Positions 30,464-41,332 of a DNA stretch of 64,000 bases are shown here, piece after piece (the stretch's first letter is position 1; the number at the start of each line of letters is the position of its first letter). The position numbers were made by a program, and so were the translations under genes. Under the pieces are notes generated by a model, which was not told where the DNA came from, did not search any database, and was given only the letters and a program-made list of their open reading frames with translations. The stretch lies in the NCBI GenBank assembly GCA_048938105.1, contig JBHLMN010000012.1, forward strand, positions 1-64,000, given 5' to 3'. This DNA is from Promethearchaeota archaeon (GTDB lineage: Archaea > Asgardarchaeota > Heimdallarchaeia > Hodarchaeales > Hodarchaeaceae).

Positions 30464-31591
30464 TCACCCCCATTTAGAACGATATCCGTGCATGGCAAGA
30501 TAAACGTTATTTACATCTCCGTCCCATTGTCTAGTCATGTTTTGAGTTGCAGCTTTACGCAAAGCAGGCAAAGCTACTCTTAAATGCTTAACCATTCTAT
30601 CTGCAAGGTATAATGGAAATGGTTCGAACATTCCAGGAGCATCACACTGTAATTTCAGTGTTTGAAACAAAAGAGATAGTTGATTTTGATCAGTTACGAT
30701 AGGTTTCATTATTTCTAATCGTATTACAGGAAAAGATCTTGAAGGTCTATAATAGAAAACAAAGGAATCATTTAATAATCTTTCAATATCATGGAAAATC
30801 TTACCAGTACTATTTATGGGGATTGCTACATCCTGAAGATCCATTTTATATGGAAAAATCAGCTCTCCTCCTTCTAATACGAATGATAATAAGCCTCGGT
30901 CTTCATATCTGAGCATATTAAATTCTTTACAGATTTCCTTCTTCGTTGTATACTTTGGGACGCCCACATAGGACTTTCCTCCATTATATTCTAGTAATTT
31001 CTTGTAATTTTTAATTGCACTAGGTAGTTGATCAAGAAATTCCTGTTTGAGAATCTCAGGAACGTTATCTAAAGCATTCAAGGCCTTTTTGAAATGAACC
31101 ACTGGTGTGCTTAACGAACCATCGAAAAAAACGATATTATGTGGAGCTTTACTAGCAAGTTCGAGTTCCATACACATCATAAGAGCTCCAGCAACTTGGC
31201 GAGTGGAATCACTGTGACTAATGGAATAGATTTTTGAAAGATGGTGTGGACGTTCCCATTCAGCTGTTGATTTAGGGGGGATTAATCCCTCCACTGCAAC
31301 CCCTGCTACCGCAAGAACATCAACTGATAACAGATTTTCAATAATGAAAGAACCATCAACTCCACAAGTAGTAGGAAGCTCTAGATCATTAGGAAAGTCA
31401 GTATCTTTCATTAAGTAATTTTTTTCCAGCAATTTTTCTCTCAGATTATCTTTCTTGTTAATTATATTTCCAAAAGAAGTAGAAAGCTCATGACTCAGAC
31501 CTGTGCATTGGTTTAACATTTCTTTAACTAACGATTGGGGTAGTTCCGTAAATGGATACGCAACTGAACTACCTAAGCTTAAAATTTCCAC
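30464..31591 (-). CDS. nurA: NurA-family nuclease
   Basis: CGVDGS, MELELA, FFDGSL, GVPK and EPFPLYLADRMVK; upstream of herA. Confidence 0.88.
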   Translation of the reverse strand: MEILSLGSSVAYPFTELPQSLVKEMLNQCTGLSHELSTSFGNIINKKDNLREKLLEKNYLMKDTDFPNDLELPTTCGVDGSFIIENLLSVDVLAVAGVAVEGLIPPKSTAEWERPHHLSKIYSISHSDSTRQVAGALMMCMELELASKAPHNIVFFDGSLSTPVVHFKKALNALDNVPEILKQEFLDQLPSAIKNYKKLLEYNGGKSYVGVPKYTTKKEICKEFNMLRYEDRGLLSFVLEGGELIFPYKMDLQDVAIPINSTGKIFHDIERLLNDSFVFYYRPSRSFPVIRLEIMKPIVTDQNQLSLLFQTLKLQCDAPGMFEPFPLYLADRMVKHLRVALPALRKAATQNMTRQWDGDVNNVYLAMHGYRSKWG

Positions 31592-31778
31592 CTCTATTTA
31601 GTGAGCTCCAGTATTTTTCATGAAAATAAACCCAGAACTAATTCTATTATGTAAGGATCTGGTGGAATTAAAATGAGGGTGTGTTCTACATGATACTCTG
31701 ATAAGCAGAGGAATATTATGTTCCTTCAAATGTAATGTAAGGTTATACAAAGATATAATGGTTTAACTAGATCTCGAT

Positions 31779-31806
31779 ACATCGTCAAACAAGCCTTCCA
31801 TTCGTT
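31779..31806 (+). repeat. dif-like site (class II)
   Basis: acatcgtcaaa-caagcc-ttccattcgtt. Confidence 0.75.
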
Positions 31807-31873
31807 TGTAATAAGAACTAATTATAATCACTATTAATTAGGTTTTTAATAGGAAATTTAGTTTTTGATGAAT

Positions 31874-32347
31874 TTATAATCCCTGTAAAAGCCACTCTTT
31901 CAATACATCAAATATAGGATCAATAGCCTGTAAACGATGTAAAAACTGTTTAAAATTCTGGATCCGTTCAACATGGGGAATATCATGTAATTGAACAGGA
32001 TCTGTAGGAAGTCCATAAGTTGTTATATCCACATTATGTTTTTGAGATCGAGAAAGAATCCATGCTTCAATGTAATTTGGAATAATGATCAATTTTATAT
32101 TTTCTGAATCTTGACGACGCATTAAGCGAAGATCTTCATTATTATCAATCTGTACATAATTCCTTAGATCCTTTGGTTGTGTACTTGTAGGATCTTCATC
32201 AACCATTCCGAGTGTACCAAAACCTTTCCGAAGACTATTTATGACTCTTCCTTTACCCGATTCATGACGAATCGAGGTAGCTGGAATTTCAAGAGATTGA
32301 ACAAAATAGAAATCGAGATCACATTCAACTACGATCACCCAAATCAC
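31874..32347 (-). CDS. Small TOPRIM/DUF4435-like partner of the AAA ATPase
   Basis: VVECDLD, GMVDED and IEAWIL acidic motifs; 4-nt overlap with the ATPase gene. Confidence 0.55.
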   Translation of the reverse strand: MIWVIVVECDLDFYFVQSLEIPATSIRHESGKGRVINSLRKGFGTLGMVDEDPTSTQPKDLRNYVQIDNNEDLRLMRRQDSENIKLIIIPNYIEAWILSRSQKHNVDITTYGLPTDPVQLHDIPHVERIQNFKQFLHRLQAIDPIFDVLKEWLLQGL

Positions 32348-33351
32348 ATCTTATAGAATGAGCTGATATTAAAGAATGGATCTTTTTCTGAATCTAAAAT
32401 GTCCTCAACTTCAGATGATGACAAAGATGTAAGTTTAGTTTGATAATCTTCAAAATAGGTAACAAAAGTGTTTGTAGTAGCTTTAGGTGCCTTAGCAAGA
32501 ATTGAAGTCAAGAAATATGGATTATGGGTAGCAATAAAGTACTGATTTCGTGTGTCTAGGGCGATTTTTTCTGCAAGAAGTTTTGTATAATAAGGAAACA
32601 CATGTCCCTCTGGTTCTTCGAACACTAGAATAGAATCTTTATTTGAATTGATCGCAAACATATAGAAGATCATATGTCTTAATGTATTTGATGTGACGAT
32701 ATAGGGATATAAAATAATAGTATCATTAACTTGTTTCTGGATTTCAAAATTAAGGTCTTGTGGTTTGAAAACAAGACTAAAACCGAAGTCTTTAACCATT
32801 TGTTGTATTAATGATCTGTGGGCATTATTACCATAAATCACAGAGAACAAATTAGATCCGTTTGGTGGTAGTAAAAACTCCCTCATTTTACTTTGGAATT
32901 GAATGAGATTTTTGAAACGATAGAATTTTATTGCTTTGAGTAAAGGAAGAATTTCAGTTATAAAATGTCCTGTGGAACTTCCACCTGCATATTCCCCGTT
33001 ATGATTAAACCTAGCTTCACCTTTTGAGCTAGACTCCTGAAGAATAAAAACATCATATTCATATCGCAAAGAGAATGTAATATGGTTGATTCGCATTATA
33101 ATTGAATTTTCGGTTAAATCATCATAAAAAAGATTAGATATGTTTTGAAATCGTACAAAATCACTTAATATTGAAGGATCATAACCCCATGCACTAAGGA
33201 GACCTAAAACTTCTAATAAATTAGATTTACCTGAATTAGGTTCACCTATGAGGAGGTTAATTCGCTGGGGTTTCATTTGTAATTCTTTTATTGATTTGAA
33301 ATTAGAAATAGCCAGATTCTTGATCATCATGAGGAAACCTCCTTTGTGCAA
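32344..33351 (-). CDS. ABC/AAA ATPase (AAA_15/AAA_21, OLD/AbiEii-like)
   Basis: ISNFKSI, LIGEPNSGKSNLLE, VFEEPEGH and IATHNPY. Confidence 0.9.
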   Translation of the reverse strand: MHKGGFLMMIKNLAISNFKSIKELQMKPQRINLLIGEPNSGKSNLLEVLGLLSAWGYDPSILSDFVRFQNISNLFYDDLTENSIIMRINHITFSLRYEYDVFILQESSSKGEARFNHNGEYAGGSSTGHFITEILPLLKAIKFYRFKNLIQFQSKMREFLLPPNGSNLFSVIYGNNAHRSLIQQMVKDFGFSLVFKPQDLNFEIQKQVNDTIILYPYIVTSNTLRHMIFYMFAINSNKDSILVFEEPEGHVFPYYTKLLAEKIALDTRNQYFIATHNPYFLTSILAKAPKATTNTFVTYFEDYQTKLTSLSSSEVEDILDSEKDPFFNISSFYKM

Positions 33352-33598
33352 AATTATTATTTAATCAACCATAAATGCCTTTCTAATCCTTCCTTATCAA
33401 TTATGTGGATATCCATCAAAACTTTATCCAATAGTCTTCTTTACAAATTTAAAATCAGAATATAAGTAGGATTTTTAAACTAAAATGAACTTTGAATTAA
33501 TAAATTCAATATATAATGGACTTTTTTCACTTCCTAAAAATAGTTTTTCAACAAATTTTTCTAAATTAGAATAGTACTGATGAAAATATATAGGTTGA

Positions 33599-33626
33599 AT
33601 GTCGCAAAAGGCTGGTATAGATAGCA
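33599..33626 (-). repeat. dif-like site (class I)
   Basis: atgtcgcaaaa-ggctgg-tatagatagca. Confidence 0.88.
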
Positions 33627-34296
33627 AAAATGCCTACTATACATCACCCCATTCTTCTATACTTGATTTTGGTTGAGAGCTCATCATAAAATAGAAGTAG
33701 TATAAATCCTGACTCCAAAGTTTTTGATAATTGGGAGAATGCAATCAAAATAAAGGCTAGAATTAATCAAATTGTATCAGAGTTTTGAATTAATATTAAG
33801 CCGAGAATACAAGGGAAACCACCGCTCCAACAAGAATTGTGGCAATTCCAGAGGCGCAAAGTATCGAATTTATGGAATACGTTGCTAATGCGACTGTGAA
33901 AGCATCAAATGACATTTTCAATACTCTTTTCATTTTTTTTGCTCCATGGATTCTTGTATTTCGGTGGCAGCATAAAGAAATGAGAGGACTTCTCATTTAC
34001 ACAAGCTCGTGAATTTTTCCTTCTTAAGAATCAGGAGCCTTGTGGTTTCCCGGATTCATCGAACCTGCCAAATATTCCAATTGTATTACTCCTAATAAAG
34101 GTTTGCACAAACATATTTCTGGTATGAAAGGTTATAACATAATCACTTGTACCGTCAAATATTATAAACACATTTATGTTCGAGTGATAATATTGCTACA
34201 AACAGAATCAAAAGAATATAAGAAAAAAGATGATTAAGATAAAGTAATACCTGTTTATTTAGACATTGGTTTCGAGAAAACAAATTTTACAAGTGA

Positions 34297-34324
34297 ATGT
34301 CGTCAAACCACCATTATCCCACTG
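34297..34324 (+). repeat. dif-like site (class II, 1-nt core deletion)
   Basis: atgtcgtcaaa-cca(-)cc-attatcccac. Confidence 0.8.
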
Positions 34325-34565
34325 TTTTATTATTACAACAATTGAAAAACATTGAGGAGGATTAAAAAAAGTTTCTCAGAATTCAAGTTCAATACTTATT
34401 TCTACCATGGTATTCCCATTGCAATAAAGAGAATTTTTCTTAGCCTTTTCAATATCTGCAATTACATCATTAGAAGGATGGGGGGAATATAAATCTGACG
34501 CAGATGCGAACACCTAATGTTTCGAAGGAAAAAAGGGAATTAATGAATATATTGTTTTACTTTTT

Positions 34566-34593
34566 TTTTCGTAAAAGTCTGGATTAGCACCTT
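34566..34593 (-). repeat. dif-like site (class I)
   Basis: ttttcgtaaaa-gtctgg-attagcacctt. Confidence 0.8.
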
Positions 34594-34693
34594 TGGAAAA
34601 TATTTAATGTCAATAATTGAATGATATTGTTTTACACTATTTTTACTAGCCATTATTCAGACAAATTCTTTTAATAAAACTTCTCTACAATTT

Positions 34694-37288
34694 TCATGTG
34701 TCAAAGACACCTTCTTTTATTTTTAGAGGATTTCCTACTAGGAGAAGTTTGACTTCCCCTTGATATTTCAAAGATTTCAGTGAATTTGGTATTTTTTTCA
34801 ACTTATTATAAGACAAATTTAATTGTTTGAGTCTATTTAGTTTCTTTATCGATTCTGGGACATCAATCAGTTGATTATATGATATATTTAAGTTCTGTAA
34901 TTTCTCGAGGTGGCCAATTGTTTCTGGTATGTGTTTTAATTGGTTGTTCCATAAATTTAAAGATTTTAGTTCGGTGAGGTGAGTGATTGTATCAGGTATC
35001 TGTGTTAGTTTGTTATCTGCTAGATCTAAGTTCTGTAATTCCTTGAGATGACCAATTGTTTCTGGTATGTGTGTCAGTCTGTTACTTGACAGATCTAAAT
35101 CTTTTAATTGAGTGAGACGGGTAATTGCGTCAATAAAATTGGTTAGTTGATTGTCTGATAAATTTAAAGATCTTAATTGTGTAAGATGGGTAATTGTGTC
35201 AGGTAAACTAGTCAATAAATTATCTGTGAAGTCCAGATCTTGTAAATGGGTATGTTGTTTTATTGTCTCTGGTATTTGTGTCAGTTGGAGATCAATTAAA
35301 TCTAGATCATAAAATTGATCCAGTTGGTCAGTCGATTCAGGTTGGTTAGTCCTTTGTTTATTTGATAGATCAATAGAAATCAAGTTTCCATTAGTATCAG
35401 GATAAAGATAATCAGAATACGGTGAAGATATATTGGAATTTGAAATTAATTCGAATAACAATTGAGGAATAATCCAACGGTTCTTTCCTGATTTAAGAAT
35501 GGTCCAAATCCATAACTCTTCCCAAATTTCTTTTGGATTTGTACGATTGAATTTTTTCTCTAAAAATTGGTTGGTTTTTTCTATTTCTATGTTTAAAATA
35601 TCTCTTGATCTCTTCAAAAGTGATGAATCGTCACATTGCTGGATAATACTCTTGTACCAATGAGCTAAATTAGTATGAGGAAAAATCCAGTGCTTGTTTT
35701 CCATTTTTCCAATAGATATCAAACCAATTATTCTTGCTATTCCACCTAATCTTTTCCTAATTCGTTTTTGGAGTTTTTTGCCTGGGATTCTGTCAAAATA
35801 CGATTGAACAATTGCTATACGAGCAAGTTCATAACCTATCTTGATAATAATTCGTTCTTGTTCACTAGTGTCGAATCGTTGAGTTTTTCTTTTGTTATAT
35901 TGCAGATAATGATTTATTGAGCTGTGTAAGGTACTCAACAGGATCTTTTCATATAACGTCTTTAAATGATCCAATGTTATTGTCTCATGACAAAACGGGT
36001 CATTTGTCTTGATGATTAGGTCTGACCAACTACTTAATGCCAATCTGGTCAAAACTAGATCGTTTTCTGTTAAACTAATGAAGTGTTTTCGTAATGCTTT
36101 ATAAGGAGGTAAATCCTGTAAATTTCTATCAACAATTGTTGCTTTAAGTAAGGCATCGCAAGACAAAAGAAAATGAAACTCTATTTTTGCATTTTCCATC
36201 CATTGATCTTCAATAAAAGGATTTTCTTCAAGTGGTCGTGATAGAAACCAGGTATGAATTTTTATTGTTTTGTTGTCTTGCTGATTTGCATTATATGATA
36301 AAGTATCACAGATTTTACTTATATTTTTCATAGTTCGGAATGGATCGGTTACCAAATGGAGATCATCCAACACAAAACATATAATTTGATGTTTATTCCA
36401 ATCTGCTTCTGCGATCAGTTTAATATCTTTTTCTAAGGTTTGACTCGTAATATAAGGATCGTCCCAAGTCTTTTCTTTGAATGAATAGTAAAAAGAGTTG
36501 AATTGAAATTCATCTGCCCCTAAATAACGATTCTTTGTTTCAAACATGACTTTACTGAAGGGCTGTTTACTTAAGTCTCTCTCATTCAAAAGATCCTCTA
36601 AAAATGCCATCATGCCTAATGCTTGACTAGTTTTTCCTCCTCCTGCTGATTCTGTTGTAAACGCGACTTGATAATTCGAAAAGGCCTCGATTAAGCGTTT
36701 AAACGCTTTTTCTGAAATTGGTGCCCAGCTTCTAAAATCTGTGAGTGTAACCCAAGGATATAATTCAGAAGTAGTTTTGTTCTTTATCCTAAATATTAAA
36801 GGTGTTTCTTTTAAGTATGATAGACTAAGCTTTGGGGATTTCTTCACTTTTTGCTTTATGGGAATATAATTCTCTGGTTTTAAGACTTCTAATATTGATA
36901 GAACTATCTGCTTCAATCCTTTTTCGGTTTTGATTGCGCTAAGATTAGCTAAAAATGGAGAATGGTGTAAAAAATCGTCACGTGATATTCCATGCCAGAT
37001 TGGCAAAATGAACTTACCCTCTTTGATTTGTCTTTGGATCAAACCATCTAGTTCATATTCAGGCCATTCTTTTGCAAAAAATGCTTGGCTAAAAACAACA
37101 ACGGCAAATCGTGATTTCTGAATTCCTTCGTCTATTTTTTTTCTTAAATTATCCCCGAGAGTTAAACTTATTTCATCATAAAAAACCTTTATTCCATGTA
37201 ATTCTAGATCTTTTGCTAATGGTTTTACAAGCTCCTCCTTGTCTTCAGAAGCATGACAGATAAATAGATCATATGTGAATTCAGACAT
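34694..37288 (-). CDS. TIR - P-loop NTPase - leucine-rich repeat protein
   Basis: TIR (YDLFICHASEDK, FYDE, EWPEYELDGL, ILPIWH); Walker A-like SAGGGKTS and Walker B FVLDDLH; about 8 23-aa LRRs (LxxLDLSxNxLTxIPETIGxL). Confidence 0.88.
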   Translation of the reverse strand: MSEFTYDLFICHASEDKEELVKPLAKDLELHGIKVFYDEISLTLGDNLRKKIDEGIQKSRFAVVVFSQAFFAKEWPEYELDGLIQRQIKEGKFILPIWHGISRDDFLHHSPFLANLSAIKTEKGLKQIVLSILEVLKPENYIPIKQKVKKSPKLSLSYLKETPLIFRIKNKTTSELYPWVTLTDFRSWAPISEKAFKRLIEAFSNYQVAFTTESAGGGKTSQALGMMAFLEDLLNERDLSKQPFSKVMFETKNRYLGADEFQFNSFYYSFKEKTWDDPYITSQTLEKDIKLIAEADWNKHQIICFVLDDLHLVTDPFRTMKNISKICDTLSYNANQQDNKTIKIHTWFLSRPLEENPFIEDQWMENAKIEFHFLLSCDALLKATIVDRNLQDLPPYKALRKHFISLTENDLVLTRLALSSWSDLIIKTNDPFCHETITLDHLKTLYEKILLSTLHSSINHYLQYNKRKTQRFDTSEQERIIIKIGYELARIAIVQSYFDRIPGKKLQKRIRKRLGGIARIIGLISIGKMENKHWIFPHTNLAHWYKSIIQQCDDSSLLKRSRDILNIEIEKTNQFLEKKFNRTNPKEIWEELWIWTILKSGKNRWIIPQLLFELISNSNISSPYSDYLYPDTNGNLISIDLSNKQRTNQPESTDQLDQFYDLDLIDLQLTQIPETIKQHTHLQDLDFTDNLLTSLPDTITHLTQLRSLNLSDNQLTNFIDAITRLTQLKDLDLSSNRLTHIPETIGHLKELQNLDLADNKLTQIPDTITHLTELKSLNLWNNQLKHIPETIGHLEKLQNLNISYNQLIDVPESIKKLNRLKQLNLSYNKLKKIPNSLKSLKYQGEVKLLLVGNPLKIKEGVFDT

Positions 37289-37351
37289 TTATCTTACCTT
37301 ATAAACAACATCTGGTCACTAAGAGCAACAAATAACAATAAAATCATCTCT

Positions 37352-38440
37352 TCATAAATCTTGCAAGAATTTATCCAGACTATGAAGCTCTGAAACCTCT
37401 AAAAGATTATTAGCTGTCATTGTATTTTGATATTGTTTCACATTCTTATAGAACCGTGGGATTGCACGCGAATGTTCTTTAAACTCTCCTTTTTTCATAT
37501 AACCAACGAAATAAATGTTGGTATCGTATATCCATATATTCTCCCAATCATTTTGAAGAATACATACTTTTTCTCGTGTTTTCCTCCTTACTTTAAAACC
37601 GAATTTTGGTTCAATAATCTCTCTAGGCATATCAGTTTCTGCTTTAATTGTTAAAGTTCCTTGAGGAATCATTCCATTAGGTACATGGACATAGAAAAGT
37701 TGAAAGAAACTGTTTTGCGTTTTAGATTTTGGAGGGTTGCCTTTTAAAATTACTTTTTCAAACATAAACTTTCTATAACTTGATGTTCCTCCGATTACGA
37801 TTTCTTTACTATGATCATCTTCGTTATTGGAGATGATAGTGATTCGACCGAGTTGGGATGGTCCATAGGCTTTTATGAACTTCTGAGGTTTCACCCATGC
37901 ATATTCCCAAAAGGAGTGTATAAAGTATTTTTTGTATCTACTTTCTTGGAATGAATCAAGGTCAATACAACCATTATCTGGAGTTAATTTACCAGTTACA
38001 AACGCAAAAATGTAGAAATCATCGTCTATCATTGATTTAGCTTTCAATTGATCTGATGGTACTAAAGCTGCACAATCTAGAAGCCATTTGGTAGATGAAG
38101 GAGATAAATCCCCAATATTCTTTGATTCTAGATAAGAAGAATCAAGATCTAGAAAAAATGATTTGATATCACATTTGTGAGTGTTTATAGTAAGACTATA
38201 ACGATCAACATCGTACCACTTGGTTCCCCTTTCTTTTTCATACATTACGTTTTTAGTTTCTAGTAACTCTTCAAAAGCAAGTTCAGGAATGATTCCCTTT
38301 ACAAGATTTTTCATCCGGTAATATGGATTTGCGCTTGACATTCTATTAAAGGTCGAGTTTAAAGCTTTTTCTGCATATTTTATACCTTGAAGTATCCATT
38401 TGTCTTTGGTTTCTATGTGTATTATATCTTCATCAAGCAT
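37352..38440 (-). CDS. Hypothetical protein, possible PD-(D/E)XK endonuclease
   Basis: GIIPELAF...D...KCDIKS arrangement resembles an REase active site. Confidence 0.45.
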   Translation of the reverse strand: MLDEDIIHIETKDKWILQGIKYAEKALNSTFNRMSSANPYYRMKNLVKGIIPELAFEELLETKNVMYEKERGTKWYDVDRYSLTINTHKCDIKSFFLDLDSSYLESKNIGDLSPSSTKWLLDCAALVPSDQLKAKSMIDDDFYIFAFVTGKLTPDNGCIDLDSFQESRYKKYFIHSFWEYAWVKPQKFIKAYGPSQLGRITIISNNEDDHSKEIVIGGTSSYRKFMFEKVILKGNPPKSKTQNSFFQLFYVHVPNGMIPQGTLTIKAETDMPREIIEPKFGFKVRRKTREKVCILQNDWENIWIYDTNIYFVGYMKKGEFKEHSRAIPRFYKNVKQYQNTMTANNLLEVSELHSLDKFLQDL

Positions 38441-39003
38441 TTTTTATCTCTCATAGCATGAAAAGTTTGTGGTTTTAGCTAAAGTAAAAACTTTTCTCTG
38501 CTTTAGTGTACGTAAGTATAAATCGGATTCTAATCACTTTTTATTTGGCTTCTGAAAGAATACACAATGGATTATAATTTTGAAAAACTGTTCTTTAATA
38601 GGCTTAAAACTTCTTTAATCTTATCTCTTGGATTCATTTTTCTACTTTTCATTTTGAAACGATAAACCCTCATCAAGAGTCTAGGATCTTAATTTCAGAG
38701 ACATTAACAGAAATGGGTGTTACAAAGGGTAGTTTAATTAATCTAGATACTAATGGAACTTCTGAAAAAGCACATTGTTAAACTAACCTCCCAGATATTT
38801 GTAAAAAGTTCGATAGCTATTTTCTAGTTTGATCTAAGTTAATTTATTAATTTTTTACACAGATAAGATAAGAGTAAATGGACTTTTAATAGCAAATTAA
38901 AGAGATAAATTTTAGTTATAATGATTAGATAATGCTTTATTATTCAATTGAACAATAGCTAGAAAAGTCGATTAGTATAATCATTAGCTTTATTCGAAAA
39001 GAA

Positions 39004-39981
39004 ATGGAATTGAGATATGTTATGTATCAAGACTATATTATTTATCTTCGTCAAGGAGCAGACCGATGGAATACTTGGCGTCATAAAAATCCTAGAATAA
39101 AACCTAATCTATCACGACAGATATTTCCTAAACTTGATTTGTCAGAATTTGACTTTTCTTACACCGATTTTTCCAACTCGAATCTTTCTGAATTGAACCT
39201 ATCAGAATCAGTGTTGTATAAAGCTAATTTTTCATATTCTGATCTTTCTAATACCGATCTTTCGAAAACAAGCCTATATTATACTACTTTTTTTCGAACT
39301 GATCTAAGGAATACTAATTTTTCTCTATCTAAACTACGTGGTACGAGTTTCACTTTCACTGATCTTAGTCAATCTAAATATTTAGATACAATCGAACATC
39401 AAGGTCCGAGCAGCATTGATATCTCTACTCTTCATCAGTCAAAAAAACTTCCTAAAAGCTTTTTACGGGGATTAGGAGTTCCTGAACTGTATATCAGGAA
39501 TCTTTCAGTATTTATTACACATGAATGGCAATTCTATACCTGTTTTATTTCCCATAGTAGTCATGATAAGGCTTTTGTACGAAAGCTTTATAATGCTCTT
39601 CAACATCAAGGAATCCGTTGTTGGTATGATAAAGAAGATGCTACATGGGGGAAAGAAATCAAACCGATTCTTAATGAAAAAATCGAAGAGTTTGACAAAG
39701 TTGTGGTTGTTTGCAGTGAAGATTCCCTCAAATCAGAATGGGTAAATCATGAGATTGAAAGAGCTTTGCAAAAGGAAGAAAAGAACCGAGAAATCGAATC
39801 TATACCTGAAATCTTATTCCCTATAATAATAGATAAGTCCCTCTCTAATTGGCTAAATCATCTAAAGAAGTTTGGAGTAGAACGTATTATCGGGGACTTC
39901 TATGATTGGAGGAGTCCAATAAAATTTAATCAGAGCCTCACACGATTGGTGCAGGCCTTAAAGAGTGATTCCCCACGATAA
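39004..39981 (+). CDS. Pentapeptide-repeat + TIR domain protein
   Basis: WNTWR then (S/A)NLSx/TDFSx repeats; TIR CFISHSSHDKAF, WYD and SEWVNHEI. Confidence 0.9.
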   Translation: MELRYVMYQDYIIYLRQGADRWNTWRHKNPRIKPNLSRQIFPKLDLSEFDFSYTDFSNSNLSELNLSESVLYKANFSYSDLSNTDLSKTSLYYTTFFRTDLRNTNFSLSKLRGTSFTFTDLSQSKYLDTIEHQGPSSIDISTLHQSKKLPKSFLRGLGVPELYIRNLSVFITHEWQFYTCFISHSSHDKAFVRKLYNALQHQGIRCWYDKEDATWGKEIKPILNEKIEEFDKVVVVCSEDSLKSEWVNHEIERALQKEEKNREIESIPEILFPIIIDKSLSNWLNHLKKFGVERIIGDFYDWRSPIKFNQSLTRLVQALKSDSPR

Positions 39982-40044
39982 TACAATAATGTAATCTAAC
40001 CCTAACTTGGATTTTATAAAACTATGATTTTCTTTATTACCTCC

Positions 40045-40458
40045 CTACTCATGATATGCAGTATATTGAAAAGCATGAGTTAAGGCTCTTCTTATATTTA
40101 TTCTGTCCCACTGAAAGATAGGAATACTCTTAGTCGAAATGAGGTGTGGTGGTACGAAGCGATTTGGAGTAACAACAATAGCTGCAATTCCGATATGTAG
40201 AGAACTCGCCACTGATAATTCATGGTCGACCCACTCACTTTGAAAGGTATTTTGTCCAAGTAAACAAACCAAAGCACGGCAGGGATTAATCAATTCATTG
40301 AGATATTTTCGCACTTCATCATACCCATATATTCTATAATCCTCTCGTGCTGAAATCGGGGTATGATTAAATTTGGCATTGGGATTTTGCATTAGTCCTT
40401 CAAATGCTTCTCGATAGTCTCGATCTTTTTCCTTATAACTAACGAAAACTTTTGCCAT
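40045..40458 (-). CDS. Stand-alone TIR domain (ThsB/MTH538-like)
   Basis: KVFVSYK, LVCLLGQNT and SEWVDHEL. Confidence 0.85.
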   Translation of the reverse strand: MAKVFVSYKEKDRDYREAFEGLMQNPNAKFNHTPISAREDYRIYGYDEVRKYLNELINPCRALVCLLGQNTFQSEWVDHELSVASSLHIGIAAIVVTPNRFVPPHLISTKSIPIFQWDRINIRRALTHAFQYTAYHE

Positions 40459-40665
40459 ATTTTCTACGCCAAAGTATTACTTAATTTCTAGTTAAGAAGG
40501 AATACATCATATACATGTTCGAAAAGTTTATTTATTATACTTATTAGATTCTTCCTAAAAATCCTTCAACGATTAATAGCACTATAAAGTAAAAAGGTTG
40601 AGGGAATTAAGTTATCCAAATAAAGAATCAAAATTGTGTTATCAATAAAAACATGGGGAAGTTAA

Positions 40666-41202
40666 ATGACTAAGCGACACAAAGTATTTTTATGTTTTCA
40701 TCATGAAAATGATGAGAACTATAAGAACCAATTCGAGCAAAAATTTGGTAGTTTGTATGTATCAAAATCAGTGGAGATAGGAGACATTGATCCTAATTTA
40801 AAAACAGAAACAATAAGACGTAAGATAAGAGATGAATATTTAAGAGATTCAACTGTAACAGTTGTTCTTGTTGGCAAAGAAACATGGAAAAGAAAACATG
40901 TGGATTGGGAAATTTCTTCTAGTATTCGACATACTCAATACAATCCTAGATCTGGTCTCCTAGGACTTATTCTGCCCACACATCCAAATTTTTCTACAGA
41001 AACATATGATCCGCATATCATTCCTCCACGATTATATGATAATATTGAATGTGGATTTGCTAAAATTTATAATTGGACCGATGATGTTTCAACAATTGAA
41101 CAGCGTATCCATGACGCTTTTCAACGTAAGGATAAAATTCTACCAGACAATTCAAGATTACTCTTCAAGAATAACCGCTCTGGGGATAAATGGCAAGATT
41201 GA
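40666..41202 (+). CDS. Stand-alone TIR domain (ThsB/DUF1863-like)
   Basis: HKVFLCFHH, IRDEYLRDSTVTVVLVG and RKHVDWEI. Confidence 0.88.
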   Translation: MTKRHKVFLCFHHENDENYKNQFEQKFGSLYVSKSVEIGDIDPNLKTETIRRKIRDEYLRDSTVTVVLVGKETWKRKHVDWEISSSIRHTQYNPRSGLLGLILPTHPNFSTETYDPHIIPPRLYDNIECGFAKIYNWTDDVSTIEQRIHDAFQRKDKILPDNSRLLFKNNRSGDKWQD

Positions 41203-41332
41203 AAAAACAAATTTTCCAATTAGAACTAATCTCAGTTTAAATTCGTCTTTTTCCTTAGTATCATTTAAAAAGAGAAATTTAGCTCCTCTTGGAACAGAAA
41301 ACCTTTTCTCATATTTAAATGAGGAGTTTATT

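Noticed and set aside
41006-41332. N-terminal extension of ORF 41006..41863 (likewise 58367..58450 of the PLD gene)
   Set aside because: They overlap upstream genes; RBS-supported starts lie at 41333 and 58451.
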